A stretch of DNA of 64,000 nt from an uncultured Prochlorococcus sp. (GTDB lineage Bacteria; Cyanobacteriota; Cyanobacteriia; PCC-6307; Cyanobiaceae): the NCBI GenBank assembly GCA_902560875.1, contig CACENO010000004.1, forward strand, positions 22,451 through 86,450, in the 5' to 3' direction. Both the position numbers and the translations under genes were made by a program. The notes below the pieces were generated by a model. The model was given only the letters and a program-made list of their open reading frames with translations, searched no databases and was not told the origin of the DNA. This document shows positions 54,363-64,000 of the stretch, piece after piece (the first letter of the stretch is position 1; each line of letters opens with the position of its first letter).

Positions 54363-56825
54363 TTAATCTTCAGGTTTCAATAATGGGGTTACTTTTTGAA
54401 TAAACTCATTATCTTTTAAATCGATTTTTAACTCTATGCCATTTTCGTTAAATTGTGCATTATTTATTCTTATACTTCTCCCTTCAGTTGTAGTAAAACC
54501 AATTAGTTGATTACTATTATATATATCTATTATTTCATCTTCGATAGTTGATCTTAATTGAATTGCAATTTGGCCTAAGTCTCCCTTTTTGCACATTCTT
54601 AATAAATCTATTTTAATCTTTTTGAGTATCCCATGCTTTGTTGCAATTACTAAATCATCATTTAATTTTCTTTTGAGTGCGATACAGCCGATGATCTTCT
54701 CTGTAGGAAATGTTTTCATCATTAGTGGTCCTTGTGCCAATTTTCCCATTAGCGGCATTGTTTCGTCATTGACTTTTAGCCTTAACACTCTTCCAAAAGA
54801 GCTCACGATGGCAACTTCACTATTTGGTTCGCATATTAAAGTTGATTTAAGCATTACACCTTCCTTCAATTTTAATATAGTTGCAGCCCTACCAGACAAA
54901 TCGAGAACTTCCTCAATAGGTAATCTTTTAAATCTTCCATCAGTACTTAAAAGACCTATGCTTAATTTTTGATTTTCAGTTAAATGTAATAAATTTAGTA
55001 TAGTTTCACCTTCTAAACCTCCAGGTAAAAATTTATCTAAACTTCCTGGTTGTTGCCCTGCAAACTCCCATTTAACTAGCGCTACTCTACCTTCTGCCGT
55101 AACCGCGAGTATCTTTGGCTTTAATTCTATTGGCCAAATTAATTTAGCTGGAGTTGGCTCATTGCCAATTGGACAATTTTGATCTAGATGAAGTCTACCT
55201 AAAACTTGAGGACTAATAATTTTTACTTGATTGTCTTCTTGTATTAGTAGCCTGCCTTCACTTGGCAAAGCTGCAAAAGCTTGTTTTTTTTGTAATTCTG
55301 CATTTGGCCTTTGCTGAGCAATTTTTTCAGCAAGAAGCTCATCTCCCCCTTGTACTAGTTTTGTTCTTCTTGGATTTCCAAAACGTTTTTTTATTTGTTT
55401 TAATTCATTAATTAAAGTTTCTAGTAATTTATTTCTATTTTGTAGAAGCAATTCTAATGAATCTTTTTTTATACTTAACTCTTTTATTTCTTTATGAAGG
55501 CTAGTTTGCTCAAGAGTTGTTAATCTTCTTAAAGGCATTGCTAAAACTGCTTCTGCTTGTTTTTCTGTTATTTCAAATCTAACTATTAACTTTGTTTTAG
55601 CGTCAGTAGCATCTCTTGCTTGTTCGATCATTTCAATTACTTGCTTTAGATTTTTTAATGCTTTCGTTAATCCTTCAGTTATTTCTAATCGGTCTAATGT
55701 TTTATTTAATAAAAATTGTGTTCTTCGTATAATAGTTAATTCTCTATATTCAATAAATTTTTCAATAAATTCCTTTAATGATAGTTGTTTTGGTTGACCA
55801 TCGACTAGAGCTAGTAAAATTGCTCCAAAATTATTCTGTAAAGCAGTTCTTCTATGTAATTCACTTAAAATTTTCTCTGGGATGCTATCTCTTCTTAATT
55901 CAACAACAATTCTCATTCCGTCTCTATCGCTTTCATCTCTGATATCAGCAATACCATTTATTTTTCCATCATTAACTAACTCTGCTAATTTTTCGATCCA
56001 TCCTGCTTTACTTAATTGGTATGGTAATTCTGTGATAATAATTGCACTTCTTCGATGCTTACCCTTCCCCGGATGGATTTCTTCAATATGTGCCAAGCCT
56101 CTCATGGGAATGCTTCCTTTACCTTTTAAATATGTTTCTTTGATACCAGTTCCTAAAAGTATTTCTCCTCCTGTCGGAAAGTCTGGACCAGGTATTATTT
56201 CAAGTAATTTTTCATCTGATAAATTAGGTTTCTTAATTAATGCAATTACACCATCAACAACTTCATTTAGATTATGAGGAGGAATGCTAGTTGCCATTCC
56301 AACTGCGATTCCAGAACAGCCATTTAAAAGAAGAAATGGTAGTTGTGCTGGAAGAACAGTTGGTTCTTGTTGAGATCCATCAAAATTAGGTGCAAAATCA
56401 ACAGTTTTAGATCCAATTTCATCTAGTAGTGATTGATGTGCTATTGGTGCTAATCGAGTTTCTGTATATCTCATTGCTGCTGGTGGATCATCGTCTACAG
56501 ATCCAAAATTTCCATGACCATCAAGAATTGGGTAACGGCTAGAAAAGTTTTGTACTAGGCGAACAAGAGCGTCATAAACAGCTTGGTCACCATGTGGGTG
56601 ATATTTACCTAATACATCCCCTACAACCCGCGCACATTTTCGAAATGGTCTATCTGGGGTAAGACCGAGTTCATACATTGCAAAAAGAATGCGTCTTTGA
56701 ACTGGTTTCAGTCCATCTCTAACATCTGGCAAAGCTCTACCAACGATTACGCTCATTGCGTATTCGAGGTAAGAGCGCTGCATCTCCTGATGCAGGGAAA
56801 TCGGTTGTAGGCGCTCCTCGGCCAT
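54363..56825 (-). CDS. Type II topoisomerase subunit A (GyrA paralogue, ParC-like)
   Basis: [22 protein letters not shown] and AAMRYTE motifs; no GyrA-box (QxRGGKG) visible. Confidence 0.92.
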   Translation of the reverse strand: MAEERLQPISLHQEMQRSYLEYAMSVIVGRALPDVRDGLKPVQRRILFAMYELGLTPDRPFRKCARVVGDVLGKYHPHGDQAVYDALVRLVQNFSSRYPILDGHGNFGSVDDDPPAAMRYTETRLAPIAHQSLLDEIGSKTVDFAPNFDGSQQEPTVLPAQLPFLLLNGCSGIAVGMATSIPPHNLNEVVDGVIALIKKPNLSDEKLLEIIPGPDFPTGGEILLGTGIKETYLKGKGSIPMRGLAHIEEIHPGKGKHRRSAIIITELPYQLSKAGWIEKLAELVNDGKINGIADIRDESDRDGMRIVVELRRDSIPEKILSELHRRTALQNNFGAILLALVDGQPKQLSLKEFIEKFIEYRELTIIRRTQFLLNKTLDRLEITEGLTKALKNLKQVIEMIEQARDATDAKTKLIVRFEITEKQAEAVLAMPLRRLTTLEQTSLHKEIKELSIKKDSLELLLQNRNKLLETLINELKQIKKRFGNPRRTKLVQGGDELLAEKIAQQRPNAELQKKQAFAALPSEGRLLIQEDNQVKIISPQVLGRLHLDQNCPIGNEPTPAKLIWPIELKPKILAVTAEGRVALVKWEFAGQQPGSLDKFLPGGLEGETILNLLHLTENQKLSIGLLSTDGRFKRLPIEEVLDLSGRAATILKLKEGVMLKSTLICEPNSEVAIVSSFGRVLRLKVNDETMPLMGKLAQGPLMMKTFPTEKIIGCIALKRKLNDDLVIATKHGILKKIKIDLLRMCKKGDLGQIAIQLRSTIEDEIIDIYNSNQLIGFTTTEGRSIRINNAQFNENGIELKIDLKDNEFIQKVTPLLKPED

Positions 56826-56905
56826 CCAGATTAGGGATTAGAGGGCGAACAGGGCACAGCCTACTGATCTATTCGTTTTTGACCAGTTTTTAGTATGATT
56901 CATAT

Positions 56906-57790
56906 CTAGTTTGTGGTTTCTTTGGCTCTTTGAACCACGATTAGCAAGCTTGGATTTTGAAATAGTTCTTTAGATGCTTGTTGTAGTTTTTCCCCCCAAA
57001 GTTGTTCAGCTTGATATTGATTAGATACATAATTTGGATTTAAAGAAAGAGCTTTTTTTGTTAGTTTTAATGATTCTTCATTTCCTTTGCTCAAAAAATT
57101 TAGGGCAGCAGCTAGTGCAAGCATAGGTTCAGCATTCTCTTCAATATCTAATACATTACGCCATATCTCTATAGCCTTTTCTATCTCTCCTATTTCGTAA
57201 AGTACTAAGCCTTGATTGTTAAGTGCTTCCCAAAATTTAGGTTCTATAGTTGTTGCTTTTTTAAAAGCTCTTAGAGCCATAGGTAATTGATTAAGCATTA
57301 TTCGAGCATTTCCAAGTTGGAAGTATGCACCAGAGTTTTTAGGATCTATTGTTAATCCCTTTTTCAGTAAAATAGCTGCATTTTTAGGTTGCTTTTGCTG
57401 AAGTTCTAAAGAGCCTTCGGCAAACCAAAGCTTAGCATTTTGTGGATTAATTTTTTTTGCTTGTTTAAGCGAAAAAGAAGCTTTTTTAAATTGTTGGCTC
57501 CTAATTTGAGTTTCTGCTAGTATTGCCCATAGTCTTTCGTCTTTGGGGTTGATTTGTACAGATAATTCTGCTAATCTCTGTGCCTCTTTGATTTGTCTGA
57601 AATAAATTAATTTTGCTGCCGTTTTGCCAAAATTTACACTCGTTTCTTTTAAATTTTCTTTGCTTGGTTCAAATATATATGGTACAAAAGCTTTAGAAGG
57701 TTTGTTTAAAAATAATATGTTGAATGCTATTAAGGAATATATCAGCGATTCATATATTCGCTTGTGTTGAATGATATGGTTCAATCTCAT
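56906..57790 (-). CDS. TPR-repeat protein
   Basis: Repeated TPR units (AYFQLGNA, EALNNQGLVLYEIG). Confidence 0.85.
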   Translation of the reverse strand: MRLNHIIQHKRIYESLIYSLIAFNILFLNKPSKAFVPYIFEPSKENLKETSVNFGKTAAKLIYFRQIKEAQRLAELSVQINPKDERLWAILAETQIRSQQFKKASFSLKQAKKINPQNAKLWFAEGSLELQQKQPKNAAILLKKGLTIDPKNSGAYFQLGNARIMLNQLPMALRAFKKATTIEPKFWEALNNQGLVLYEIGEIEKAIEIWRNVLDIEENAEPMLALAAALNFLSKGNEESLKLTKKALSLNPNYVSNQYQAEQLWGEKLQQASKELFQNPSLLIVVQRAKETTN

Positions 57791-57814
57791 TCTATTTTTT
57801 CAGTGGTTTTTAGC

Positions 57815-58768
57815 TTAGGAGTAATTGTCAGTTTGTATAGCTTTTATATTGCGTCGCCACATCCAAGGCTTAATTCTTTTAAGAGCAGATCCACGTAGAT
57901 GATCAGTCCATTTTCCGTCATTCCATGTCATTGCATCTTTTTTTGTTAGCTTAAGTATCCAATTTTTTGGTTGCATTTCTGGATCTTCACTATGAGTAAG
58001 ATTTTGATGATTCCAGGGACACACTTCTTGACAGATATCACAACCTGCAACCCAATTGCCCATTTTAGAGGTGATTTCTCTTGGTAAATATTCTTCTCTA
58101 TTCTCAATAGTATGATAAGCAATGCATCGTTGTGAATTTATAACAAAAGGTTCTGTAATTGCTTTTGTAGGACAGGCATCTATGCATTTTTGACATTTGC
58201 CACATAATGCAATTCCTGGCTGATCGGGTGTTAATAATTCGGTGCAAAGAAGATGTGCCAAGATAAACCATGATCCTTCTTTTTGATTTATTAAGTTACT
58301 GTTTTTTCCTATCCATCCTAAGCCTGCTTCTTCAGCCCAAGCTTTTTCTTGGAGTGGAGCGGAATCAACGCAAACTTTCCAGCGACAACTAGGCCTTTGT
58401 TTTTCTAGCCAATGTCCGATTCGGCGCAGCCGTTGGGTGGCTACTTTGTGATAATCCTTTCCCCAGGCATATCGGCCAATGGATAATGCCTCAGGATCTT
58501 TTTTCGTGTTTACGTAATAGTTAAGCCCTACGGAGAGAACACTATTTACTCCGTCTAGCAAACTTTCGATTTTTTGTCTTCTTGGAGCATGCATCCATTG
58601 CATGTCTGCTTGATGTCCAGCTTTAAGCCAGCGTTGTAATGCTTTGGTGCGTAGTTCAATACGTTCACTACCAGGTATAACAGCGATACCTACTGGATTA
58701 AACCCTTCGTTTTTAGCGTTTAGCTTTAATTGCTCACTTAGTTCAGAGTTGTTTTTGATTGTTGTCAA
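57815..58768 (-). CDS. queG: Epoxyqueuosine reductase
   Basis: RYAWGKDYH, AGLGWIGKN, CGKCQKCIDACPT and GCDICQEVCPWN motifs. Confidence 0.95.
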   Translation of the reverse strand: MTTIKNNSELSEQLKLNAKNEGFNPVGIAVIPGSERIELRTKALQRWLKAGHQADMQWMHAPRRQKIESLLDGVNSVLSVGLNYYVNTKKDPEALSIGRYAWGKDYHKVATQRLRRIGHWLEKQRPSCRWKVCVDSAPLQEKAWAEEAGLGWIGKNSNLINQKEGSWFILAHLLCTELLTPDQPGIALCGKCQKCIDACPTKAITEPFVINSQRCIAYHTIENREEYLPREITSKMGNWVAGCDICQEVCPWNHQNLTHSEDPEMQPKNWILKLTKKDAMTWNDGKWTDHLRGSALKRIKPWMWRRNIKAIQTDNYS

Positions 58769-58946
58769 AACAAAACCGTAATGTTGAAAGCTTTTGTTAT
58801 TTTGCCTGTTTTCAAAATTTTCAGGTTCTCATTGCTATTTTTTTCTTTTTGTGTTGCTGGATAGCAGACCGTCCCTTAGAGATTTCTTTTGGAAAGGAAA
58901 TTTGTTAACTTAGGTAAATATAATATGAAAAGGGATCAGAAAGTTC

Positions 58947-59696
58947 TTGGTGCAATCAACTCCCAGACCTGATCTTCCTTTGGCTTCAAGGCTTCAGCAG
59001 GATCTCAAAAATGACCTAATAGCTGGATTGCTTGTTGTTATCCCGTTGGCAACGACTATTTGGCTGTCTACGGTAGTCAGTCGCTTTGTATTGGCTTTTT
59101 TAACGTCGATTCCAAAACAATTAAACCCATTTATTACCCTTAACCCACTTTTACAGGACTTAATCAATCTTGCTCTTGGTCTGACTGTTCCTTTGTTGGG
59201 AATACTTTTGATTGGCTTGATGGCGCGTAATTTTGTAGGACGTTGGTTGTTGGAATTTGGAGAGGGAACTGTTTCTCGTATTCCTTTTGCAGGTTCTGTC
59301 TACAAAACACTAAAGCAACTCTTGGAGACTTTTTTGAGAGATAACTCCACAAGGTTTCGTAGGGTTGTTTTGGTTGAGTATCCAAGAGAGGGGCTTTTTA
59401 GTGTTGGATTTGTGACAGGTTTGGTTGGTCCGTCATTACAACCTGAGCTAGATGAAACTTTGCTAAGTGTTTTTATTCCAACTGCACCAAACCCTACAAC
59501 TGGTTGGTATACCTTGGTTCCTGAATCTTCTGTAAAAGATTTAAATATTTCTGTAGAGGATGCCTTTAGAACAATTATTTCTGCAGGAATAGTAAATCCA
59601 GATGATCGTGAAGTTACTGCAAATCGAAGTTTTTCTAGCCTTTTTGCTCAATTGAAAGCAAAAACGGTTACGCCCTCTACATCTTCTGAAAGTTGA
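58947..59696 (+). CDS. DUF502 family membrane protein
   Basis: LIAGLLVVIPL, VLVEYPR and VFIPTAPNPTTG motifs. Confidence 0.88.
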   Translation: MVQSTPRPDLPLASRLQQDLKNDLIAGLLVVIPLATTIWLSTVVSRFVLAFLTSIPKQLNPFITLNPLLQDLINLALGLTVPLLGILLIGLMARNFVGRWLLEFGEGTVSRIPFAGSVYKTLKQLLETFLRDNSTRFRRVVLVEYPREGLFSVGFVTGLVGPSLQPELDETLLSVFIPTAPNPTTGWYTLVPESSVKDLNISVEDAFRTIISAGIVNPDDREVTANRSFSSLFAQLKAKTVTPSTSSES

Positions 59697-59719
59697 TTTT
59701 TTTGTGATTAATTTAAAGA

Positions 59720-60355
59720 ATGAAGCCTAGATCAATAGAAAGAGAATTGGCTCTTTTGGTTTTGGGCCAAATTTCTGAAAGTCAAGTTTCTTCCTTGGCA
59801 AATTCCTCTTTCGAAGCACTTTTGAATAAGGCTTTAGAAAGCTTGATGGGTCATTGGCGTGAAGGATTAGATAGTGCTGCACAAAAACTTGAAGTTGCTC
59901 AAGAAAATTTGCTTGAAACAGAATTGCAAGATTTGGAGGAAAGCTCAGTTGAAAAAATACGAAATCATTTAAAAATTGGTTTATCTAAGGCTGAAAATGT
60001 TTTAAATGAATTATCAGCAAGTTTAGAATTTCCACGCTTGTTAGCTCTTAGTGATCAAGAATCTATTAGAAGTGCTGTTTTGCAAAGAGTAATTTTAGTT
60101 TTTGAACAACGGAGTAAAATTGACTCTAGTCTTGATGATGTTATGGAGGGGTGGAGATTAAAGCGTTTGCCTCGGGTCGATCGAGATATATTGAGATTAG
60201 CGATTGTTGATTTGGTTGATCTCCATACCCCTATCCCTGTTGTTTGTAATGAAGCAGTTGAGCTTGCTAATCGTTATAGTGATGAACAGGGACGTCGAAT
60301 GATTAATGGTGTTTTGCGAAGATTTCAAAATGCTTCTGATTCAGCTATTCTCTAA
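59720..60355 (+). CDS. nusB: Transcription antitermination factor NusB
   Basis: WRLKRLPRVDRDILRL, NEAVELANRY and INGVLR motifs. Confidence 0.95.
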   Translation: MKPRSIERELALLVLGQISESQVSSLANSSFEALLNKALESLMGHWREGLDSAAQKLEVAQENLLETELQDLEESSVEKIRNHLKIGLSKAENVLNELSASLEFPRLLALSDQESIRSAVLQRVILVFEQRSKIDSSLDDVMEGWRLKRLPRVDRDILRLAIVDLVDLHTPIPVVCNEAVELANRYSDEQGRRMINGVLRRFQNASDSAIL

Positions 60356-61665
60356 TGATTTACGATGAATTTAAAAGACAAAATAGTGATTTTTCAGAAG
60401 AGAAAACCTCTGACGATAATATTAATCAAAAGATTAATGAGTCTGAGTTAGACTCTTTGGAATGGGCGAAAGAAGCATATGCAAGGTTAAAACAACAACA
60501 AGAGAAAAAGAATCTTCTGGAATCTGTTCAATCAGAAGAAAAGGCTGTCGAAGAGAAGAAAGATAAGGAACTAATATCTAATGAGAATATTCAATTAGAA
60601 ACAGATATTTCTCAACTTTCTGAAGTAGATAATTCTTCGAGAAGTAATAATTCAGATCTAGATGAAGCTTTTACATGGACAACAGAGGTACTTGCTGCTC
60701 AGGGTCGAAAGACAGAAGAAATTTCTGTTGAAGAAATTGATTGGTTAGGTCGATTAAGAAGGGGACTTGAGAAATCAAGGAAGAGTTTTGTTACAGGATT
60801 ATTAGAAAAACTTGGTGATGATCCTCTTACTCCAGAAGTTCTTGATGATTTGGAAACTTTGTTATTACGAGCAGATGCAGGAGTTGTTGCTACTGATCAA
60901 ATATTAGATGCATTACGTCAACGCTTAAATGAGGAAGTGGTTGATGCTAATGAAGGACTACGCTTTTTAAAGGAGAGACTTTGTGAGGTTTTAGATGCAC
61001 CCATTAAAGAATCTGGCTTTGACTTGCTTGTTCCTAAAAGAGGTTCTTTAAATATTTGGTTGTTTGTAGGTGTTAATGGTGTAGGTAAGACAACAACTCT
61101 TGGGAAGCTTGCAAATCTTGCTGTTAGAAGTAATTACTCAGCTTTGATTGCCGCTGCTGATACTTTTCGAGCTGCCGCTGTTGAACAAGTAAAAATCTGG
61201 GGTAAACGAAGCGATATTGCTGTCATTGCTAACTCAACTGCTAATGCTGATCCAGCAGCAGTTGTATTTGATGCGATTGGTGCTGCAAAAGCCAAAGAGG
61301 TTGATCTTTTGTTAGTTGATACTGCAGGGCGTTTGCAAACAAAACATAACCTTATGGAGGAATTACAAAAAGTTAGAAGGATTATTGATCGTTTAGCCCC
61401 TGAAGCAAAAGTTGAATCTTTATTAGTGCTGGACTCTAGTCAGGGACAAAATGGTTTACGTCAAGCAATGGCTTTTGCGAAATCTGCGAGTTTGACAGGG
61501 GTTGTTATTACGAAACTTGATGGTTCTTCAAGAGGAGGAGTTGCTTTGGCTGTTGCTTCAGAAGCTTGCTTGCCTATTAGATTTATAGGAGCTGGTGAAG
61601 GCATTCGAGATTTGAGACCATTTAATAGTTTTGAATTTGTAGAAGCTCTTCTCGCAAAACGGTGA
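60355..61665 (+). CDS. ftsY: SRP receptor FtsY
   Basis: Acidic N-terminus; GVNGVGKTTT, DTFRAAA, DTAGR and TKLDG motifs. Confidence 0.97.
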   Translation: MIYDEFKRQNSDFSEEKTSDDNINQKINESELDSLEWAKEAYARLKQQQEKKNLLESVQSEEKAVEEKKDKELISNENIQLETDISQLSEVDNSSRSNNSDLDEAFTWTTEVLAAQGRKTEEISVEEIDWLGRLRRGLEKSRKSFVTGLLEKLGDDPLTPEVLDDLETLLLRADAGVVATDQILDALRQRLNEEVVDANEGLRFLKERLCEVLDAPIKESGFDLLVPKRGSLNIWLFVGVNGVGKTTTLGKLANLAVRSNYSALIAAADTFRAAAVEQVKIWGKRSDIAVIANSTANADPAAVVFDAIGAAKAKEVDLLLVDTAGRLQTKHNLMEELQKVRRIIDRLAPEAKVESLLVLDSSQGQNGLRQAMAFAKSASLTGVVITKLDGSSRGGVALAVASEACLPIRFIGAGEGIRDLRPFNSFEFVEALLAKR

Positions 61666-61692
61666 TTTTTTTAAGGTTTCTTTTTCAAGTTT

Positions 61693-63138
61693 TTGCTACG
61701 TTTTGAGCCCTGCAGTGTTAGTGCAGTGACTACTAATAAGCCGCCAAGACCACCTTCAAAACTTTCTTCAAACACTATTGACCAGTCTCATTCTGTTTCG
61801 GAATCATTCAGAGACTTATTGAATAGTTTGTCGACCGAACAGCGCTGTAACCAAGAACTCTTGGTTTCGTTGGGATTTGCTTTACGTAGTTTTACGAACT
61901 TGCATCGATTTCTTGAATTAGTACCTGTTGTGGCTTCCCGTTTGGTTGAAGTAAACGGAGCATTGTTAGTTCCTTTCCAGGCTGATGGAAGATTGTGGAG
62001 AGAGCAATTACAAGCACTTCCTTTTGATCAAAATCAAGAATTATTGAGGCAGTTGGCTTCAATGGAAGCTGGAATAACAGTTGGTTTTGGTGCTGATATA
62101 AATCAATTGCTTGCAATGGATCGTTTGGTGCAAAGACATATAGCAAAAGCCAATGTTTTTGCAACTTCGATAGTTGCACGTGGTCGAGATAGAGGACGTT
62201 TATATGTGTTTGATTCAGAAACTTCTTTTGCATTAAGTGATGTGCATCGACGCCATTTGCAATTAGTTGCAGATTTGACTGGTGTCGCTATTGAAAATGA
62301 TCTTATTCTTCAAGAAGTCCGAAGGCATGAGAGGGTTGATAGGCAATTAAGTACAGGTGCAGAGATCCAGGCTCAATTGTTACCTGATCATTGTCCTGTA
62401 ATTGAAGGTATACAACTTGCAGCTCGTTGTCGTCCTGCTTTTGAGGTTGGAGGTGATTATTACGATTTTATTCCTACTCGCCCTGACTTAATGGGAAAAA
62501 GTAGAGAAAAAGGTAGGTGGGCATTAGTTATTGGTGATGTGATGGGGAAGGGAGTTCCTGCTGGATTGTTAATGACAATGCTTCGAGGAATGTTGCGAGC
62601 AGAGGTTTTGAGTGGTTTGCCACCTGATCGAATTCTTCATGATCTAAATCAATTAGCACAGGTTGATTTGGCTCATTCTCATAGGTTTATAACGCTTTTT
62701 TATTCCGATTATGATCCTCGTACTCGGCGTTTACGTTATGCAAATGCTGCCCATAATCCTCCATTACTTTGGAGTTCAGAGAAAAGAAAAGTTTCACGCT
62801 TAGATGCCCCAGGTTTATTGATTGGTCTGCAATCTGAGGCGGATTATGGGTGTGGTTCTGTTTTGCTGGAGCCTGGTGATGTGCTTTTGTATTACACCGA
62901 TGGGGTTACGGAAGCGCCTGGTTTAGCTGGTGATCGGTTTAATGAAGAGCGCTTGATTACTACCCTTGAGGAATCTTGTAGGAGTGGTTTGGGGGCCCAG
63001 GAAATTTTGAACAAGCTTTTTGCGCGCTTAGATCGTTTTGTTGGTATTGATCATCAACTGGAAGATGATGCTTCGATGGTTCTTTTAAAAGTCAATGAGG
63101 AATTAACGCTTCCTCCTTTTAATCGATCTTTTGCCTGA
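61693..63138 (+). CDS. GAF + PP2C (SpoIIE/RsbU-like) serine phosphatase
   Basis: VGGDYYD, IGDVMGKG, YTDGVTE and DDAS motifs. Confidence 0.92.
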   Translation: MLRFEPCSVSAVTTNKPPRPPSKLSSNTIDQSHSVSESFRDLLNSLSTEQRCNQELLVSLGFALRSFTNLHRFLELVPVVASRLVEVNGALLVPFQADGRLWREQLQALPFDQNQELLRQLASMEAGITVGFGADINQLLAMDRLVQRHIAKANVFATSIVARGRDRGRLYVFDSETSFALSDVHRRHLQLVADLTGVAIENDLILQEVRRHERVDRQLSTGAEIQAQLLPDHCPVIEGIQLAARCRPAFEVGGDYYDFIPTRPDLMGKSREKGRWALVIGDVMGKGVPAGLLMTMLRGMLRAEVLSGLPPDRILHDLNQLAQVDLAHSHRFITLFYSDYDPRTRRLRYANAAHNPPLLWSSEKRKVSRLDAPGLLIGLQSEADYGCGSVLLEPGDVLLYYTDGVTEAPGLAGDRFNEERLITTLEESCRSGLGAQEILNKLFARLDRFVGIDHQLEDDASMVLLKVNEELTLPPFNRSFA

Positions 63139-63185
63139 CAACTGGAGTATGAACTGCTTTATTAGAAAAGGTTGGTTAACGAATT

Positions 63186-64000
63186 TTGTCTAAAGCTTGG
63201 AGCGATAGATTTGAGAAGGGATTAAATCCTTCCATAGAACGGTTTAATGCTTCTATCTCGTTTGATATAAAACTTTTAGAAGACGATTTGGATGGTTCTA
63301 TTGCTCATGCTGCAATGTTGGGGGATTGTGGTGTCATTTCTAGTCAAGAAGCAGAACAATTGATCGATGGCTTGGAAAAAATTCGGGCAGAAGCATCTGT
63401 AGGTTCTTTTCAAGTAGGTGTTAAGGATGAAGATGTGCATTTTGCAGTTGAACGGCGATTAGTTGCATTAATTGGACCTGTTGGTAAAAAATTACATACA
63501 GGAAGAAGTCGTAATGATCAAGTTGGTACAGATTTAAGACTTTGGTTAAGACGACAGATTGATGATATTGATTTGAAATTAAAACGTTTTCAAATTGCCT
63601 TACTCACGCAAGCTGAAATCCATCTTTATACGCTTATTCCTGGTTATACGCATTTACAGCGTGCTCAACCTTTGTCTTTAGCGCATCATTTACTTGCCTA
63701 TATTGAGATGATTCAACGAGATAGAGAACGTTTAGTAGATGTTCGAAAAAGAGTTAATATTTCGCCATTGGGTGCAGCTGCCTTGGCGGGGACTTCAATT
63801 CCTATAGATCGTCGTAAAACTGCTTCTTATTTAGGCTTTACAGCTATTTATGCAAATAGTTTAGATGCGGTTAGTGATAGAGATTTTGCAGTTGAATTTA
63901 GCGCTGCTGTTGCTTTAATAATGACTCATTTGAGCCGTTTATCAGAGGAGGTTATTTTTTGGGCATCAGAGGAATTTGCATTTGTTCGTTTAACTGATCG
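63186..64000 (+). CDS. argH: Argininosuccinate lyase (runs off the window; not in the ORF track)
   Basis: TTG start reading MSKAWSDRF; [30 protein letters not shown] and [10 protein letters not shown] motifs. Confidence 0.96.
   Translation, partial: MSKAWSDRFEKGLNPSIERFNASISFDIKLLEDDLDGSIAHAAMLGDCGVISSQEAEQLIDGLEKIRAEASVGSFQVGVKDEDVHFAVERRLVALIGPVGKKLHTGRSRNDQVGTDLRLWLRRQIDDIDLKLKRFQIALLTQAEIHLYTLIPGYTHLQRAQPLSLAHHLLAYIEMIQRDRERLVDVRKRVNISPLGAAALAGTSIPIDRRKTASYLGFTAIYANSLDAVSDRDFAVEFSAAVALIMTHLSRLSEEVIFWASEEFAFVRLTD

Overview
Core-genome window from a marine picocyanobacterium, almost certainly a low-light Prochlorococcus (judged from gene order and AT-rich DNA). It spans the replication origin: ...recN-ABC1 kinase-thrC-[oriC]-dnaN-purL-purF-topoisomerase A-queG-nusB-ftsY-argH. 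Most genes are housekeeping. A nitrite-only assimilation locus (cobA, nirA, focA, HEAT-repeat and CnaT-like genes, no narB) lies between the pyrG-queE-queC-pabBC operon and ppk1. Main observations: (1) two microprotein ORFs flanking nirA share a Trp-centred amphipathic motif with a C-terminal tail on NirA itself; (2) a GC-enriched, heavily base-paired ~370-nt element ending in a strong terminator sits in the 1-kb gap upstream of argG and is a candidate structured ncRNA; (3) oriC has a Bacillus-like DnaA-box/GGCC/DnaA-trio unwinding module; (4) purF has an in-frame stop; (5) rpsF has a 15-bp tandem-repeat tail. No tRNA, rRNA, CRISPR array or mobile element was seen. All calls come from reading the sequence by eye; no searches were run.
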